Below are positions 16,964 to 27,130 of a stretch of DNA of 64,000 bases, one piece after another. The stretch is from Candidatus Falkowbacteria bacterium (GTDB taxonomy: Bacteria; Patescibacteriota; Patescibacteriia; UBA11705). How positions within the stretch are numbered: the stretch's first letter is position 1; the number at the start of each line of letters is the position of its first letter. The notes below the pieces were generated by a model. It ran no database searches. It was not told where the DNA came from and was given only the letters and a program-made list of their open reading frames with translations. Position numbers and translations under genes: made by a program. The stretch covers positions 68,253 through 132,252 of the forward strand of contig DOZJ01000001.1 in the NCBI GenBank assembly GCA_003518055.1. The letters run 5' to 3'.

Positions 16964-17737
16964 TTAAAAAGTCAATTCGGTTTTGAGGATCGGGGCGGGA
17001 ATGGGCGAAAGTTCGACCCGAACCTTTTCAAGTTTAATTTGGGGCGTCTCCAGTCGAGGTCTGGCGGCCTTGAAGCAATCTTTGAAGTATTTTTCGGCAG
17101 AAGCCAGATTAGGAAAATTCACTTGAAGTAGAATTTGACCGACAAGAGGTTCAGTCAAATGGGTCATGAGAGTTTTTTTGTACTCATCCATATCGTAATT
17201 GAAGCGGCCGGAAATAAAAATAGCTTCAAGTTCTGTTTCTCCCCCGGTCAGACAGAATTGCAGGTTTAGTTCTGCTTGATAATTGCGATATGACGCTGAG
17301 CCGATGGTGATGGGGAATGTCCAGTTATGGCAACATGTTGGGTGAATAAAAGTAACGCCATTGGCGGTGACGAGTGGCCAATTTTTTAAATGTGGGGTCG
17401 GAATTACAGTGTCAATTCGATGGTGTTTTCGCGTAAAACGAACATAATCGAATAAATGCGGGAAGCGATAAAGCCTGATTTCGGTTAAGTCGAAGTATCG
17501 TTCGGCCAGGTTTTTTTGACCGCGAGAAGCGAGGTAGGCGGAAATGACGCAACCGGTGACGGTAAGACCGGCAATGATCATCGCCGAGGCGTCCGACACC
17601 GTCATCGCCACAAGAAAAAGCAAGACGAAGATGACGATGATAATACTTGAAATAATTTTGGCTAAATTTAATCGTTGATAAAATTTGAGGCCGCGGTCAT
17701 ATCCATCGACAAAATTTTGAGCTGTTGTGACATCCAT
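16964..17737 (-). CDS. membrane-anchored hypothetical protein (257 aa)
   Basis: Two N-terminal TM helices, then a soluble domain. No recognisable motifs. Confidence 0.4.
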   Translation of the reverse strand: MDVTTAQNFVDGYDRGLKFYQRLNLAKIISSIIIVIFVLLFLVAMTVSDASAMIIAGLTVTGCVISAYLASRGQKNLAERYFDLTEIRLYRFPHLFDYVRFTRKHHRIDTVIPTPHLKNWPLVTANGVTFIHPTCCHNWTFPITIGSASYRNYQAELNLQFCLTGGETELEAIFISGRFNYDMDEYKKTLMTHLTEPLVGQILLQVNFPNLASAEKYFKDCFKAARPRLETPQIKLEKVRVELSPIPAPILKTELTF

Positions 17738-17949
17738 TGACTGTCTCCTTCATCGGTGGGGCTGGTTTAAAAAGGGCAATGTTAACAAATAGAGCTTATA
17801 TCAAATTATTGATGGAGGCAAGTATGAGCCTTGATTTTTGGACTGTGAATTGGTATGATGAATTTGCGGAAATCGGTATATATTCCGAAGTGTTTTATTA
17901 TAAGATTTTGTGGTAAGAGGAGGGATTTTAGAATTATAATTATAATTTT

Positions 17950-18669
17950 ATGTCCGGACATTCAAAGTGGGCGAATATTCAAACCAGAAAGGGTGCTCAA
18001 GATAAAAAAAGAGCCAATTTGTTTTCAAAATTAACGAAAAACATTATCATTGCTGCTCGAGGTGGAGCTGATTTGGAGACAAATTTCAAATTACGGCTGG
18101 CGGTTGACAAAGCCAAGGAGTCAAACGTGCCAAAAGATAATATTGAACGAGCGATTGCCAAGGGCTCGGGAGCGGCCGGCGGAGACCAAATTGAAGAGGT
18201 GATATATGAAGGATATGGACCGTCAGGGGCAGCAATTTTAATCACAGCCGCGACTGATAATCGGAATCGGACATCATCGGAAATTAAGCACATTCTAACT
18301 AAATTCGGTGGGTCGCTCGGCGGACCTAATTCAGTCCAATGGATGTTTGAGCACAAAGGGGTGATTAGAATCAATCAAAGTCAGGTTAAGGATAAGGATG
18401 AATTTCAATTGGAGTTGATAGATATGGGGGCGGATGATGTGAGGGAAGAAGACGGCGGGTTAACGGTAACGATGGAAGCGGGACAATTTGGTAAACTGAA
18501 AAAAGCGCTTGAGGACAAGGGAGTTGAAACCGAATACGCTGAGGTTGAGTGGGTGGCCAAAGATGAAGTAGAAACGACCGAGGATACCAAGAAAAAAATT
18601 GAGTCACTGTTTGACGCGTTGGAGGACAATGACGATGTGAGCAATTATTATAGCAACTCGGGGTTGTAG
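17950..18669 (+). CDS. yebC: YebC/PmpR-family transcriptional regulator
   Basis: 'MSGHSKWANIQTRKGAQDKKRANLFSKLTKNIIIAARGG' is the canonical YebC N-terminus. Confidence 0.85.
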   Translation: MSGHSKWANIQTRKGAQDKKRANLFSKLTKNIIIAARGGADLETNFKLRLAVDKAKESNVPKDNIERAIAKGSGAAGGDQIEEVIYEGYGPSGAAILITAATDNRNRTSSEIKHILTKFGGSLGGPNSVQWMFEHKGVIRINQSQVKDKDEFQLELIDMGADDVREEDGGLTVTMEAGQFGKLKKALEDKGVETEYAEVEWVAKDEVETTEDTKKKIESLFDALEDNDDVSNYYSNSGL

Positions 18670-18745
18670 GGGGGGGAGAATGGAGAGATTAAGAGAATTG
18701 AGAGATTAGAGAGAATTAAGAGATTAAGTAGAAATTGGGGAAACA
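18670..18745. repeat. poly-G tract (8 G) followed by about 17-bp tandem units 'gagagattaagagaatt' x3
   Basis: Read directly. A related 'agagattaagagatt' occurs at 53975-54060. Confidence 0.6.
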
Positions 18746-18747
18746 CT

Positions 18748-19251
18748 ATGACGGTCAAGGCGAGAATTATAATGGGCATAGATCCGGGATTTGCCCGCAC
18801 CGGTTTTGGGGTGATTAAAGTGTCGAGCAATAAAATGGAGGCGGTGGATTATGGCGTGATTGAAACCATGGCGGGTGAAAATTTCGTGGATCGGCTTGAA
18901 TATTTATATCGCGAGTTAACTAAAATTATAAAAAAACATAAACCAGAAATGGTTGGAGTGGAAGAATTATTTTTTAATACAAATGTCAGTACAGCCTTGA
19001 AAGTCGGCCAAGCGAGGGGCGTGGCGCTTTTAACCATCAGACAAGCGAAATTGCCGGTGTTTGAGTATACACCATCGCAAGTGAAACAAGCGATTTCGTG
19101 TTACGGCAAAGCGGACAAGAAACAAGTGCAACAGATGATCAAATTATTACTTCAGCTGCGGGAAATTCCCAAACCGGATGACGCGGCTGATGCTCTGGCC
19201 GTAGCTATATGCACGGTAAACTCTTATAAATTAAGTCAGCATTATGCTTAG
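18748..19251 (+). CDS. ruvC: Holliday junction resolvase RuvC
   Basis: 'MGIDPGFARTGFGVI...VEELFFNTNVSTALKVGQARG...DAADALAVAICT' matches the RuvC catalytic motifs. Confidence 0.85.
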   Translation: MTVKARIIMGIDPGFARTGFGVIKVSSNKMEAVDYGVIETMAGENFVDRLEYLYRELTKIIKKHKPEMVGVEELFFNTNVSTALKVGQARGVALLTIRQAKLPVFEYTPSQVKQAISCYGKADKKQVQQMIKLLLQLREIPKPDDAADALAVAICTVNSYKLSQHYA

Positions 19252-20803
19252 AAAATCAATCGTGGCAGTAATTTGCATGATTTTTTTGATTGGTTTGCCG
19301 GTTGGCGGCCAAGCCCAGAACACGAGCGCGGATACCGGTTTGACGGTGGATGGTCCCGGTCAACTCCAAGCAGTGGCCGGTGATGATCGCAATGTGGTGG
19401 TCGGCCGGCAGGTATTGTTCAGCGGCAACGCATCGCTGGCGCCTGACGTTAGCGGCGTAGAATATTTTTGGGATTTTGGTGATGGGACTACAGCTCGAGG
19501 ATCTGAAGTAGTTCATATTTATAATAAACCGGGAGTTTATCGAGCGACTTTGACGTTGTTCCTCGGGCAGGCGGAATCAGTTGATGAAATAATCGTTTCG
19601 GTTGACAGAGATATCGCCATTTTGATCACTGACTCGGACGTCACGGAAGATGGCTGGAAGCTATTGCAAGAGAAAGCATCGACGCAGGAAACATTGTTGG
19701 TTAATATAAAAGCGGATGAAAGCAGTGTTGAATACGTTAAAATTTCCGGTCTGACGCAAAAAATTATTGACGCCAAGGATGAGATTCGACAGGCTCGATC
19801 AATTATAATTTTAACCGGCAATAACATCGGATTGAACGCGCTACTTAATGCCAGCCAAGAATTTGCCAAAGGAACAGATTTGGAATCACTTGGATTCAAA
19901 AATAAATCAATCGTGGTATTGACCAGCGAGAATTTGTCCGTGACTTCCAGATTGGCACAGAATATTTTTCGGCTGTTGTCGCCAAGAAGACTGTTGGTGT
20001 CAAAAACTGAGGCCAAAGAGATGGTAGCCGGTAATTTTGATATCACGAGTTTAACTCAGGAATTACAAAGCGCAGGCGTTGATTATCAGCTAATCGGAGT
20101 TCATACGCAGCGGCCGCTGATGAATCTCCGGCCGTGGAATTTTTTGTCATATATGGTGAGCTCCATGGTAAATAAAGGAGTGGCGCTCAATACGATTTAT
20201 TTGATTTTGATTTTGCCGGTTTTGTCGATGGTGATCGCTTTTGCGCGGCAGTTGATCGGGATCAAGGCGTTTGGAATTTATGCGCCGTCACTGGTGGCGG
20301 TTTCGTTTCTTGCCACTGGAATAAAATATGGATTGGCAATATTTGTCATCGTCTTGATAATCGGGACTTTGGCTCGGTTGGTGGCCAGAAAAATCAAGAT
20401 TATGTATCTGCCCCGGATGTCGATTGTATTGTCGATTGTCAGTTTGTCAATTTTATTTTTATTCTATCTCGGAGCATGGTCAAATCAGTCAGCCTTGATA
20501 TCGATTTCGGTATTTCCAATATTGATTATGGTGATTATAACGGAAAAATTCATTTCCGCGCAGATTGAGTTTGGCAACAAGGCGGCGTGGCAACTGTTCG
20601 TGGAAACGTTGATTCTATCCATGGCCTGCTATTATTTGGCTAACTGGGAGGCGCTCAGGGCGTTGATTCTCGGTTATCCGGAATTAATATTTGTGACCTT
20701 CCTGCTTAATTATTTGCTCGGCCGCTGGACCGGGCTCCGATTGTTGGAGTTGTATCGATTCCGTAACGTAATAAAAAATGTTGAGCTTCCTGAAAAAAAG
20801 TAA
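19244..20803 (+). CDS. secreted PKD-domain protein with C-terminal multi-pass (about 7 TM) membrane module
   Basis: Signal peptide. PKD-like 'VEYFWDFGDGTTARGSEVVHIYNKPGVYRATLTL'. C-terminal 200 aa is hydrophobic with 6-7 helices. Stop overlaps the next gene by 26 nt. Confidence 0.55.
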   Translation: MLRKSIVAVICMIFLIGLPVGGQAQNTSADTGLTVDGPGQLQAVAGDDRNVVVGRQVLFSGNASLAPDVSGVEYFWDFGDGTTARGSEVVHIYNKPGVYRATLTLFLGQAESVDEIIVSVDRDIAILITDSDVTEDGWKLLQEKASTQETLLVNIKADESSVEYVKISGLTQKIIDAKDEIRQARSIIILTGNNIGLNALLNASQEFAKGTDLESLGFKNKSIVVLTSENLSVTSRLAQNIFRLLSPRRLLVSKTEAKEMVAGNFDITSLTQELQSAGVDYQLIGVHTQRPLMNLRPWNFLSYMVSSMVNKGVALNTIYLILILPVLSMVIAFARQLIGIKAFGIYAPSLVAVSFLATGIKYGLAIFVIVLIIGTLARLVARKIKIMYLPRMSIVLSIVSLSILFLFYLGAWSNQSALISISVFPILIMVIITEKFISAQIEFGNKAAWQLFVETLILSMACYYLANWEALRALILGYPELIFVTFLLNYLLGRWTGLRLLELYRFRNVIKNVELPEKK

Positions 20804-22175
20804 AGGAGTTTTGGGCATGAACGCCCGAAATCTCGATTTTATCAGACTGGGCGGCTCAAAACGAGCCAGAAAATTGGTTGATGATAAATTACGGACCAAA
20901 CAGCTGCTAAAAAAAGCGGGGCTGCCGGTCGCCAAAAAAATTGCCGTGATCCGCGATCGCAATCAGTTTTATAATTTTGACTGGAACAGTTTGACTCCAA
21001 GTTTCGCGCTCAAGCCTAATCGCGGTCTTGGCGGAGAAGGTATCATGGTGACTTTTGGCCGCAAGAAAAACGGCAAGTGGGTTTTGCCACTTGATCGAGA
21101 AGCGGATATTGAGGATATTAAACTTCGGGTTAGCAATATATTGGACGGTGACTATTCTATAACAACTAGTCCGGATGCGGCGTTTTTTGAAGAGAGAATC
21201 AAAATCCATCCGGCGTTTAAATTGTATTCATATAAGGGTGTGCCGGATATTCGGATAATTGTGTATAATAAAGTACCGATAATGGCGATGCTTAGGCTGC
21301 CAACCAAGGAATCAAACGGCAAAGCCAATCTTCACGCCGGCGGCATTGGAGTCGGAATTGATATTAAAACTGGGATTACGACCAACGCGACTTATAAACA
21401 CAGAATGATTGAGGTGATTCCGGAGAAAAAATTTCCCATCAGAGGTATTAAAATTCCATACTGGGATCAGATGCTTGAAATCGCCATTGAATCGCAAATC
21501 GCCTGCGGGTTGAATTATGTTGGTGTGGATATAGCGCTAGATCGGGAACGTGGGCCGATTATTTTGGAGTTGAACGCACGGCCGGGCTTGGAAATTCAAG
21601 TGGCGAATTTGGCGCCGCTCAAAGATCGACTGCTTCGGGTCAAAGGCTTGAAAATCAACACAACGAAAAGGGGCATTAACGTGTCCAAGGAGCTTTTTGG
21701 TGGTGAAATCGAACAGGAAATTGAGGAAATTTCAGGCAAACAAGTGGTGGGTATTATTGAAGATGTCAGGCTGATCGCCAAAGACAAGAAAATCATTGAA
21801 CTTAAAGCCAAAATTGACACCGGGGCCGGGGTGACGTCGATTGATGAGGATTTGGCGGCGGCTCTTGGTCTTGAAAGCGCGGTTAATTATTACGCCTCAT
21901 TTAATTTGCCTGAAACGATGTCGGTGGCGGAAATGGATGAACTCAGCAAACAAAAATTATGGAAACAGTTAGAAAAACATCCGGACATTACATCAGTCAT
22001 TAAAACGGTCAGCAGCCATGGCGCCTCATACCGGATGGGGGTGCCGATAAAATTTGTTTTGTCTGGAGTCGAAATTAATTCGACGGCGTCGGTAATCAAA
22101 CGGCAAGACATGAAATATCCGATTATTATCGGGCGACGGGATCTTAAACGATTTTTGGTGGATCCGAGTAAGTAG
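20778..22175 (+). CDS. RimK-like ATP-grasp ligase fused to retropepsin-like (DTGA) domain
   Basis: N-terminal 300 aa is an alpha-L-glutamate-ligase-like ATP-grasp. C-terminal 150 aa has 'IDTGAGVTSI' and the terminal 'IIGRRDLKRFLVDP', typical of the PF05618-type putative protease linked to RimK. Confidence 0.6.
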   Translation: MLSFLKKSKGVLGMNARNLDFIRLGGSKRARKLVDDKLRTKQLLKKAGLPVAKKIAVIRDRNQFYNFDWNSLTPSFALKPNRGLGGEGIMVTFGRKKNGKWVLPLDREADIEDIKLRVSNILDGDYSITTSPDAAFFEERIKIHPAFKLYSYKGVPDIRIIVYNKVPIMAMLRLPTKESNGKANLHAGGIGVGIDIKTGITTNATYKHRMIEVIPEKKFPIRGIKIPYWDQMLEIAIESQIACGLNYVGVDIALDRERGPIILELNARPGLEIQVANLAPLKDRLLRVKGLKINTTKRGINVSKELFGGEIEQEIEEISGKQVVGIIEDVRLIAKDKKIIELKAKIDTGAGVTSIDEDLAAALGLESAVNYYASFNLPETMSVAEMDELSKQKLWKQLEKHPDITSVIKTVSSHGASYRMGVPIKFVLSGVEINSTASVIKRQDMKYPIIIGRRDLKRFLVDPSK

Positions 22176-22350
22176 GTGTAAACTAGGAACTGGGAACTAG
22201 GAACTAGTAAAGCAAGAAAGCGATCCGTCTACGCTAAAGCTTCGACGGACAGGGATAAGCGAGTAAAGCAAGTACGGTGAGTAAAGAGCAATTAGTAAAG
22301 AGGGAGGGGTAAAGAGTAAAGAGTAACTGGGAACTAGGGAGTAGGTGGGG
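22176..22350. repeat. modular intergenic repeat block (near-identical to 3346-3440)
   Basis: 'ggaactgggaactaggaactagtaaagcaagaaagcgatccgtctacgctaaagcttcgacggacagggataagcgagtaaagcaagtacggtgagtaaagagcaattagtaaagaggga'. Confidence 0.75.
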
Positions 22351-22376
22351 GAAATTAGGAATAAGTAATTATTATT

Positions 22377-23228
22377 ATGAAAATATTGTTAATCGGGCCG
22401 GCGTCGACGGAAAATACATTGTTGGCTGAGGCGGCGAAAAAGAGAAAGCATGAGTTTACGCAAATTTCGATTCAGAAAATCACTTATTTACTCAAAAATA
22501 ATGAATTTGAGATTTATAACGGTAAAAATTCACTCGCTAATTTTGATGTTTGTTTGATCCGCGGCGTCAATCCGTATTTTGCTCGAGCAAAAACATTAGC
22601 CAAAGCGCTTTATCGAAAAGGCGTAAAGGTGGTTGACCGAGAGCTGTATCAAAAAGTATATATATTTGATAAGTTGTTTATGTATTCGGCGCTTAGTTAT
22701 CATGGGTTGCCGTGTCTCGACACTTATTATTATCCAACGGTTTTGGCTTTTAAGCGTTTTGGGAAAGATTTAAATTATCCCGTACTGCTCAAAGATATAA
22801 ATGGAATGCACGGTCGGAATATTTTTTATAAAAAAACCCAAATAGAGCTGGAAGAATTTTTCGGCTGGCGGAAAATAAATAATTATTTTATTCAAAAATT
22901 TATTCCGACTGATTATTATTACCGCGTGTTGGTGGTTGGGAACAAAGTTTTGGGCGCGATGAAAAGAAATACGCTGATGTCAATCAGAAAAAAAAGAATT
23001 CCCCTTGAAAAAAGATCGCATAAAACAGAATTAACGCCGGAACTAAAAAAATTGGCGCTCAAAGCGGCCAAAGCGACAAATACTGATATTGCCGGAGTGG
23101 ATATTATTTATGATAATGATAAACCGTATATTTTGGAGGTAAATAGATCTCCGCAGTTTAAGCGATTCACGCAAGTGATGGGAATAGATGTGGCGGCGGA
23201 AATAATTACATATTTAGAGCAGGTTTAA
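22377..23228 (+). CDS. ATP-grasp family peptide ligase (RimK-like)
   Basis: 'YFIQKFIPTDYYYRVLVVGNKVLGAMKRN...IAGVDIIYDNDKPYILEVNRSPQF' matches ATP-grasp C-domain motifs. Confidence 0.6.
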   Translation: MKILLIGPASTENTLLAEAAKKRKHEFTQISIQKITYLLKNNEFEIYNGKNSLANFDVCLIRGVNPYFARAKTLAKALYRKGVKVVDRELYQKVYIFDKLFMYSALSYHGLPCLDTYYYPTVLAFKRFGKDLNYPVLLKDINGMHGRNIFYKKTQIELEEFFGWRKINNYFIQKFIPTDYYYRVLVVGNKVLGAMKRNTLMSIRKKRIPLEKRSHKTELTPELKKLALKAAKATNTDIAGVDIIYDNDKPYILEVNRSPQFKRFTQVMGIDVAAEIITYLEQV

Positions 23229-23280
23229 TTTAGTATCGGAAACAAATTTGAGGTGAAAGGCACTCAGGTACAAACAAGAT

Positions 23281-24243
23281 ATGAAAAATAAGAATGTTGT
23301 GGTGATATATCATGGCGATGACTGGAAGAGGGATTTGCCTATGCGAAAAGCCGAATCAACTCGGAAATCATTTGAGTATTGGCATGAAAAAGGACTGGAA
23401 AAAAATATTAATTTTTATCGGGCCAGCATTCAGTGGTACGACGATGAAAAGGCGATTTTTAATAAAGTATGGGCTTTTCGCGATGGGAAGTGGATCAAAA
23501 TCAGGAGCGCGATTAAACCGGATTTGATATTTGATAAGATTACCAGCAAAAGAAATTATCAGTTGTTCGAACGAAAGGTTGGTATGGCGGCCAAGGTTAA
23601 ATTATTCAACAATCCGTTGTTTCGGCTGATGTTTGATAATAAATTCACGCAATTTTTGATGTTTAATGAGTTTATGCCTCAGTCGATGCTGGTTAATAAC
23701 CGAGCGGAATATCTTGCTGGTTTAAAGAAAATGAAAACGGCAAAGGTGGTGGTTAAACCGCTGTTCGGTTCAGGTGGATTTAATATTTTGATCGAGGACA
23801 AAAGTAAACTGGTAAATAAACGGCTGGTTTTTCCGGTGATGCTTCAGGCGTTTGTGCGCAGTTATGACGGCGTGCCGGGGATTGAGGGGATAAAAGGCGT
23901 GGCGGATTTGCGATTGGTGTTTATGAATCACAAATTGATTTATTCTCTATCCCGAATCGCTAAAAAGAATTCTCTGTTTACGAATTTTCATCAGGGAGCG
24001 ACGGCCGTAATCGTGGATAAAAAGAATATTTCAAGAAAAATTTGGGCGATGGCAAGAGAGATACAAAAAAAGCTGCGTGTATTTACGGAGGCGAATTATT
24101 CGTTGGATTTCATTTTTGATCATACGGGTAAACCGTATTTGCTCGAAATGAACACGACGCCGGGAATGGATTTACTACACGAGTTGGGCCAGGATAAATT
24201 AAAAGAAAAAAATTTAGATGAGTTAATAAAAATAGTGAAATAA
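23281..24243 (+). CDS. ATP-grasp family ligase (YheC/YheD-like)
   Basis: 'AKVVVKPLFGSGGFNILIED...LQAFV...YSLDFIFDHTGKPYLLEMNTTPGMD'. Confidence 0.55.
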   Translation: MKNKNVVVIYHGDDWKRDLPMRKAESTRKSFEYWHEKGLEKNINFYRASIQWYDDEKAIFNKVWAFRDGKWIKIRSAIKPDLIFDKITSKRNYQLFERKVGMAAKVKLFNNPLFRLMFDNKFTQFLMFNEFMPQSMLVNNRAEYLAGLKKMKTAKVVVKPLFGSGGFNILIEDKSKLVNKRLVFPVMLQAFVRSYDGVPGIEGIKGVADLRLVFMNHKLIYSLSRIAKKNSLFTNFHQGATAVIVDKKNISRKIWAMAREIQKKLRVFTEANYSLDFIFDHTGKPYLLEMNTTPGMDLLHELGQDKLKEKNLDELIKIVK

Positions 24244-24247
24244 TCAT

Positions 24248-27094
24248 ATGGATCACAAGCAATATCAGGGTGACAAAATGAATAACATTACACATCGCAA
24301 GCGGTCGAAAATTAAACAATTTATTTTTCGGTACGGCGTAATGAGCGCGGCTTTGGCGCTGATTTTCTTTGTGGCTGTTATCGCGTGGTTTTCTCGCGGA
24401 CTGCCGAATCCGGACAAGATTATCGACCGTCAAGTGGCGGAGAGCACCAAAATTTACGACTCAAAAGGGGAAGTGATTTTGTATGAAATTCACGGAGAAG
24501 AAAAAAGAACCGTGGTTCAGCTCCAAGACATTCCGGACGCGGTCAAATGGGCGACGATTTCAGCCGAGGACAAGAATTTTTACGATCATCACGGGTTTAA
24601 TTTATTCGCCATGTTTAGAGGGGTGGTGATAGATCCGATCTTGACCGGCAACCGGCCGCGCGGCGGTTCAACGCTCACGCAGCAATTGGTCAAAAACGCC
24701 ATATTAACCAATGAACGATCAATTTCACGTAAAATAAGAGAGTTTATTTTGTCGTTTAGAATTGAACAAAAATTTGAAAAGGATCAAATTTTACAAATGT
24801 ATTTGAATGAGATTCCATACGGCTCGACCGCGTACGGAATCCAGTCGGCGGCGCAGACATATTTTGGTAAAAATGTTCAGGATTTGACGCTGGCTGAGGC
24901 GGCGTTGCTCGCGTCCTTACCAAAGGCGCCGTCATATTATTCACCTTATGGCAGTCATATTGATGATCTGATTTCAAGGCAGCAATATGTATTAAATTTG
25001 ATGGTGGAAAATAGCTATATTTCCGAAAATGAAGCGGCTGAAGCGAAAAAACAGGAATTAACTTTCAAGCAACGGGAAGAATCAATTCAAGCGCCGCATT
25101 TTGTGATTTACGTTAAAGAAAAATTGGCTGAAATGTTCGGGGAAAAGGTGGTGGAACAGGGCGGATTAAAAGTGATAACCACCCTTGATATTGAAAAACA
25201 GAAAATGGCGGAAGAGGCGGTGTTGAGCGGGGTTGATAAACGCGGAGGGCAATATGGATTTTCAAACGCCGCTTTGTTGGCCATTAATCCGAAGGATGGA
25301 CATATTGTGGCCATGGTGGGATCAAAAGATTATTTTGACGACACCATTGATGGTAACGTCAATGTCACGACCAGATTGCGTCAGCCCGGATCTTCGATCA
25401 AACCGATGATTTACGCGGCGGCGTTTGATAAAGGGTATACGCCCGATACAATATTATTTGATGTCAATACCACGTTTAAAACTGACGCGGCTGATTACAG
25501 CCCAAAAAATTATGATCTCGGTGAGCGCGGTCCGGTGACAATGAGAAAAGCGCTTCAGGGGTCACTCAATATTCCGGCGGTAAAGACGTTGTATTTGGTG
25601 GGCGTGGAAAAACAATTGGATTTTCTTGAGCTAATGGGTTACACATCGTTTGATGACCGGTCGCGGTTTGGTTTGGCTTTGGTGCTTGGTGGTGGAGAAG
25701 TGTCACTCATGGATCATGTGTCGGCGTTCGGGGTTTTCCCAAATGAAGGCGTCTATCGGGAGCCGGTGGCGATCCAAAAGGTTCAGGACGCCAAAGGAAA
25801 TGTTTTATTTGAAGTCCAAAAACATGAACGCAAAGTCTTGAATGAAAATATTGCCAGAATGATGAACAATGTGTTATCTGACAATGGCGCCCGGGCCTAT
25901 ATTTTTGGCGCGAGTAATTCTTTGACCTTGCGTAATCGAGCTGCAGGCGTTAAAACCGGTACCACCAATAATTTCCGCGACGCTTGGACGGTTGGATATA
26001 CACCATCTCTGGTGACCGGAGTGTGGGTCGGTAATAATGATAACTCGGAAATGAAAAGAGGAGCAGATGGAGGCATAATCGCGGCGCCGATTTGGAATGA
26101 GTTTATGAATAAAGCGCTGGAGGGGACGGAAGTGGAAAGTTTTGTCGGTTATGAAGCACCAAAAACGGATAAAGCGATTTTGAATGGTAAATTCGCCAAT
26201 GAAAAAACAGTTAAGATTGATAAATATTCACAAAAATTAGCGACCGAATATACGCCGGAAGAAGCGGTAGAAGAAAAAACATTCAAAGAGATACATAATA
26301 TTTTATATTATGTAAACAAGGATGATCCTCGAGGATCAGCACCGTCCAATCCGGCTGGAGATCCACAATACAACAATTGGGAGTCAGCGGTACAGGCTTG
26401 GCTGGAGAAGCAAAGAAAAAATCCGGATCCAAAGATCGCCGAAGAGTATAGTTTTATAAACGAGGCGGTACCGACTGAATTTGATGATGTTCATAAACCG
26501 GAATTCAGACCGACATTGCAATTGATATCACCAAATAATAACCAGACAATTTCCGATGCTTATTTGAACGTTGAGGTGTCAGTGTCGGCACCGAGGGGAG
26601 TGGCCGGCGTGGATTATTATCTTGATGATCAATTGATCGGACGGGTAACAAATTATCCATTCGGTTTGAATTATGCCGTGAGTTCACTTTTTGGCAATGG
26701 TTATCATCGACTGAAGGTGATGGCCTATGATAATGTGATGAATAAAACGGAAATTACGATTGATGTCAATTTGTTGATTTCAGAGAGGGCAGAGGCCAGT
26801 TTATCGTGGATCAGGCCGAATGATGGCCGTAAATTCAAGCGGGAAAGTTTTCCAATTCAGACTGAGGTTAAATTGACTGATTTGTTCGCGGTGAAAAAAA
26901 TTGATTTTTATTACCGGTTGAAAAATCAAAACGATTACGTCCTCTATTCATCGGAAGTTTCGCCCGGATCATCATCAGTGGTGGTAAATATGAGTGCTCC
27001 GACGGAGAACGGTGAATATGAGCTGACAGCTGAAGCGACATTGAATGACAACCGTAAAATTAATTCGAATATTTTAAGCATCACAATCGAGTAA
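24248..27094 (+). CDS. class A penicillin-binding protein (transglycosylase + transpeptidase) with about 250-aa Ig-like C-terminal extension
   Basis: GT51 motifs 'EDKNFYDHHGFN', 'RGGSTLTQQLVKN'. Transpeptidase 'SSIKP', 'SLN', 'KTGTT'. 4-nt gap from the upstream ATP-grasp gene. Confidence 0.85.
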   Translation: MDHKQYQGDKMNNITHRKRSKIKQFIFRYGVMSAALALIFFVAVIAWFSRGLPNPDKIIDRQVAESTKIYDSKGEVILYEIHGEEKRTVVQLQDIPDAVKWATISAEDKNFYDHHGFNLFAMFRGVVIDPILTGNRPRGGSTLTQQLVKNAILTNERSISRKIREFILSFRIEQKFEKDQILQMYLNEIPYGSTAYGIQSAAQTYFGKNVQDLTLAEAALLASLPKAPSYYSPYGSHIDDLISRQQYVLNLMVENSYISENEAAEAKKQELTFKQREESIQAPHFVIYVKEKLAEMFGEKVVEQGGLKVITTLDIEKQKMAEEAVLSGVDKRGGQYGFSNAALLAINPKDGHIVAMVGSKDYFDDTIDGNVNVTTRLRQPGSSIKPMIYAAAFDKGYTPDTILFDVNTTFKTDAADYSPKNYDLGERGPVTMRKALQGSLNIPAVKTLYLVGVEKQLDFLELMGYTSFDDRSRFGLALVLGGGEVSLMDHVSAFGVFPNEGVYREPVAIQKVQDAKGNVLFEVQKHERKVLNENIARMMNNVLSDNGARAYIFGASNSLTLRNRAAGVKTGTTNNFRDAWTVGYTPSLVTGVWVGNNDNSEMKRGADGGIIAAPIWNEFMNKALEGTEVESFVGYEAPKTDKAILNGKFANEKTVKIDKYSQKLATEYTPEEAVEEKTFKEIHNILYYVNKDDPRGSAPSNPAGDPQYNNWESAVQAWLEKQRKNPDPKIAEEYSFINEAVPTEFDDVHKPEFRPTLQLISPNNNQTISDAYLNVEVSVSAPRGVAGVDYYLDDQLIGRVTNYPFGLNYAVSSLFGNGYHRLKVMAYDNVMNKTEITIDVNLLISERAEASLSWIRPNDGRKFKRESFPIQTEVKLTDLFAVKKIDFYYRLKNQNDYVLYSSEVSPGSSSVVVNMSAPTENGEYELTAEATLNDNRKINSNILSITIE

Positions 27095-27100
27095 TATTAT

Positions 27101-27130
27101 AAAACGAGGTTGGTTTGACCTCGTTTTGTG
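27101..27130 (+). terminator. rho-independent terminator after PBP1A
   Basis: 'aaaacgaggt-tggtttg-acctcgtttt' followed by 'gtgattt'. Confidence 0.6.

Noticed and set aside
17997-18644. Antisense ORFs within yebC (17997..18374, 18386..18607, 18405..18644)
   Set aside because: They are embedded in a highly conserved YebC gene with a Ser/Pro-rich antisense composition.
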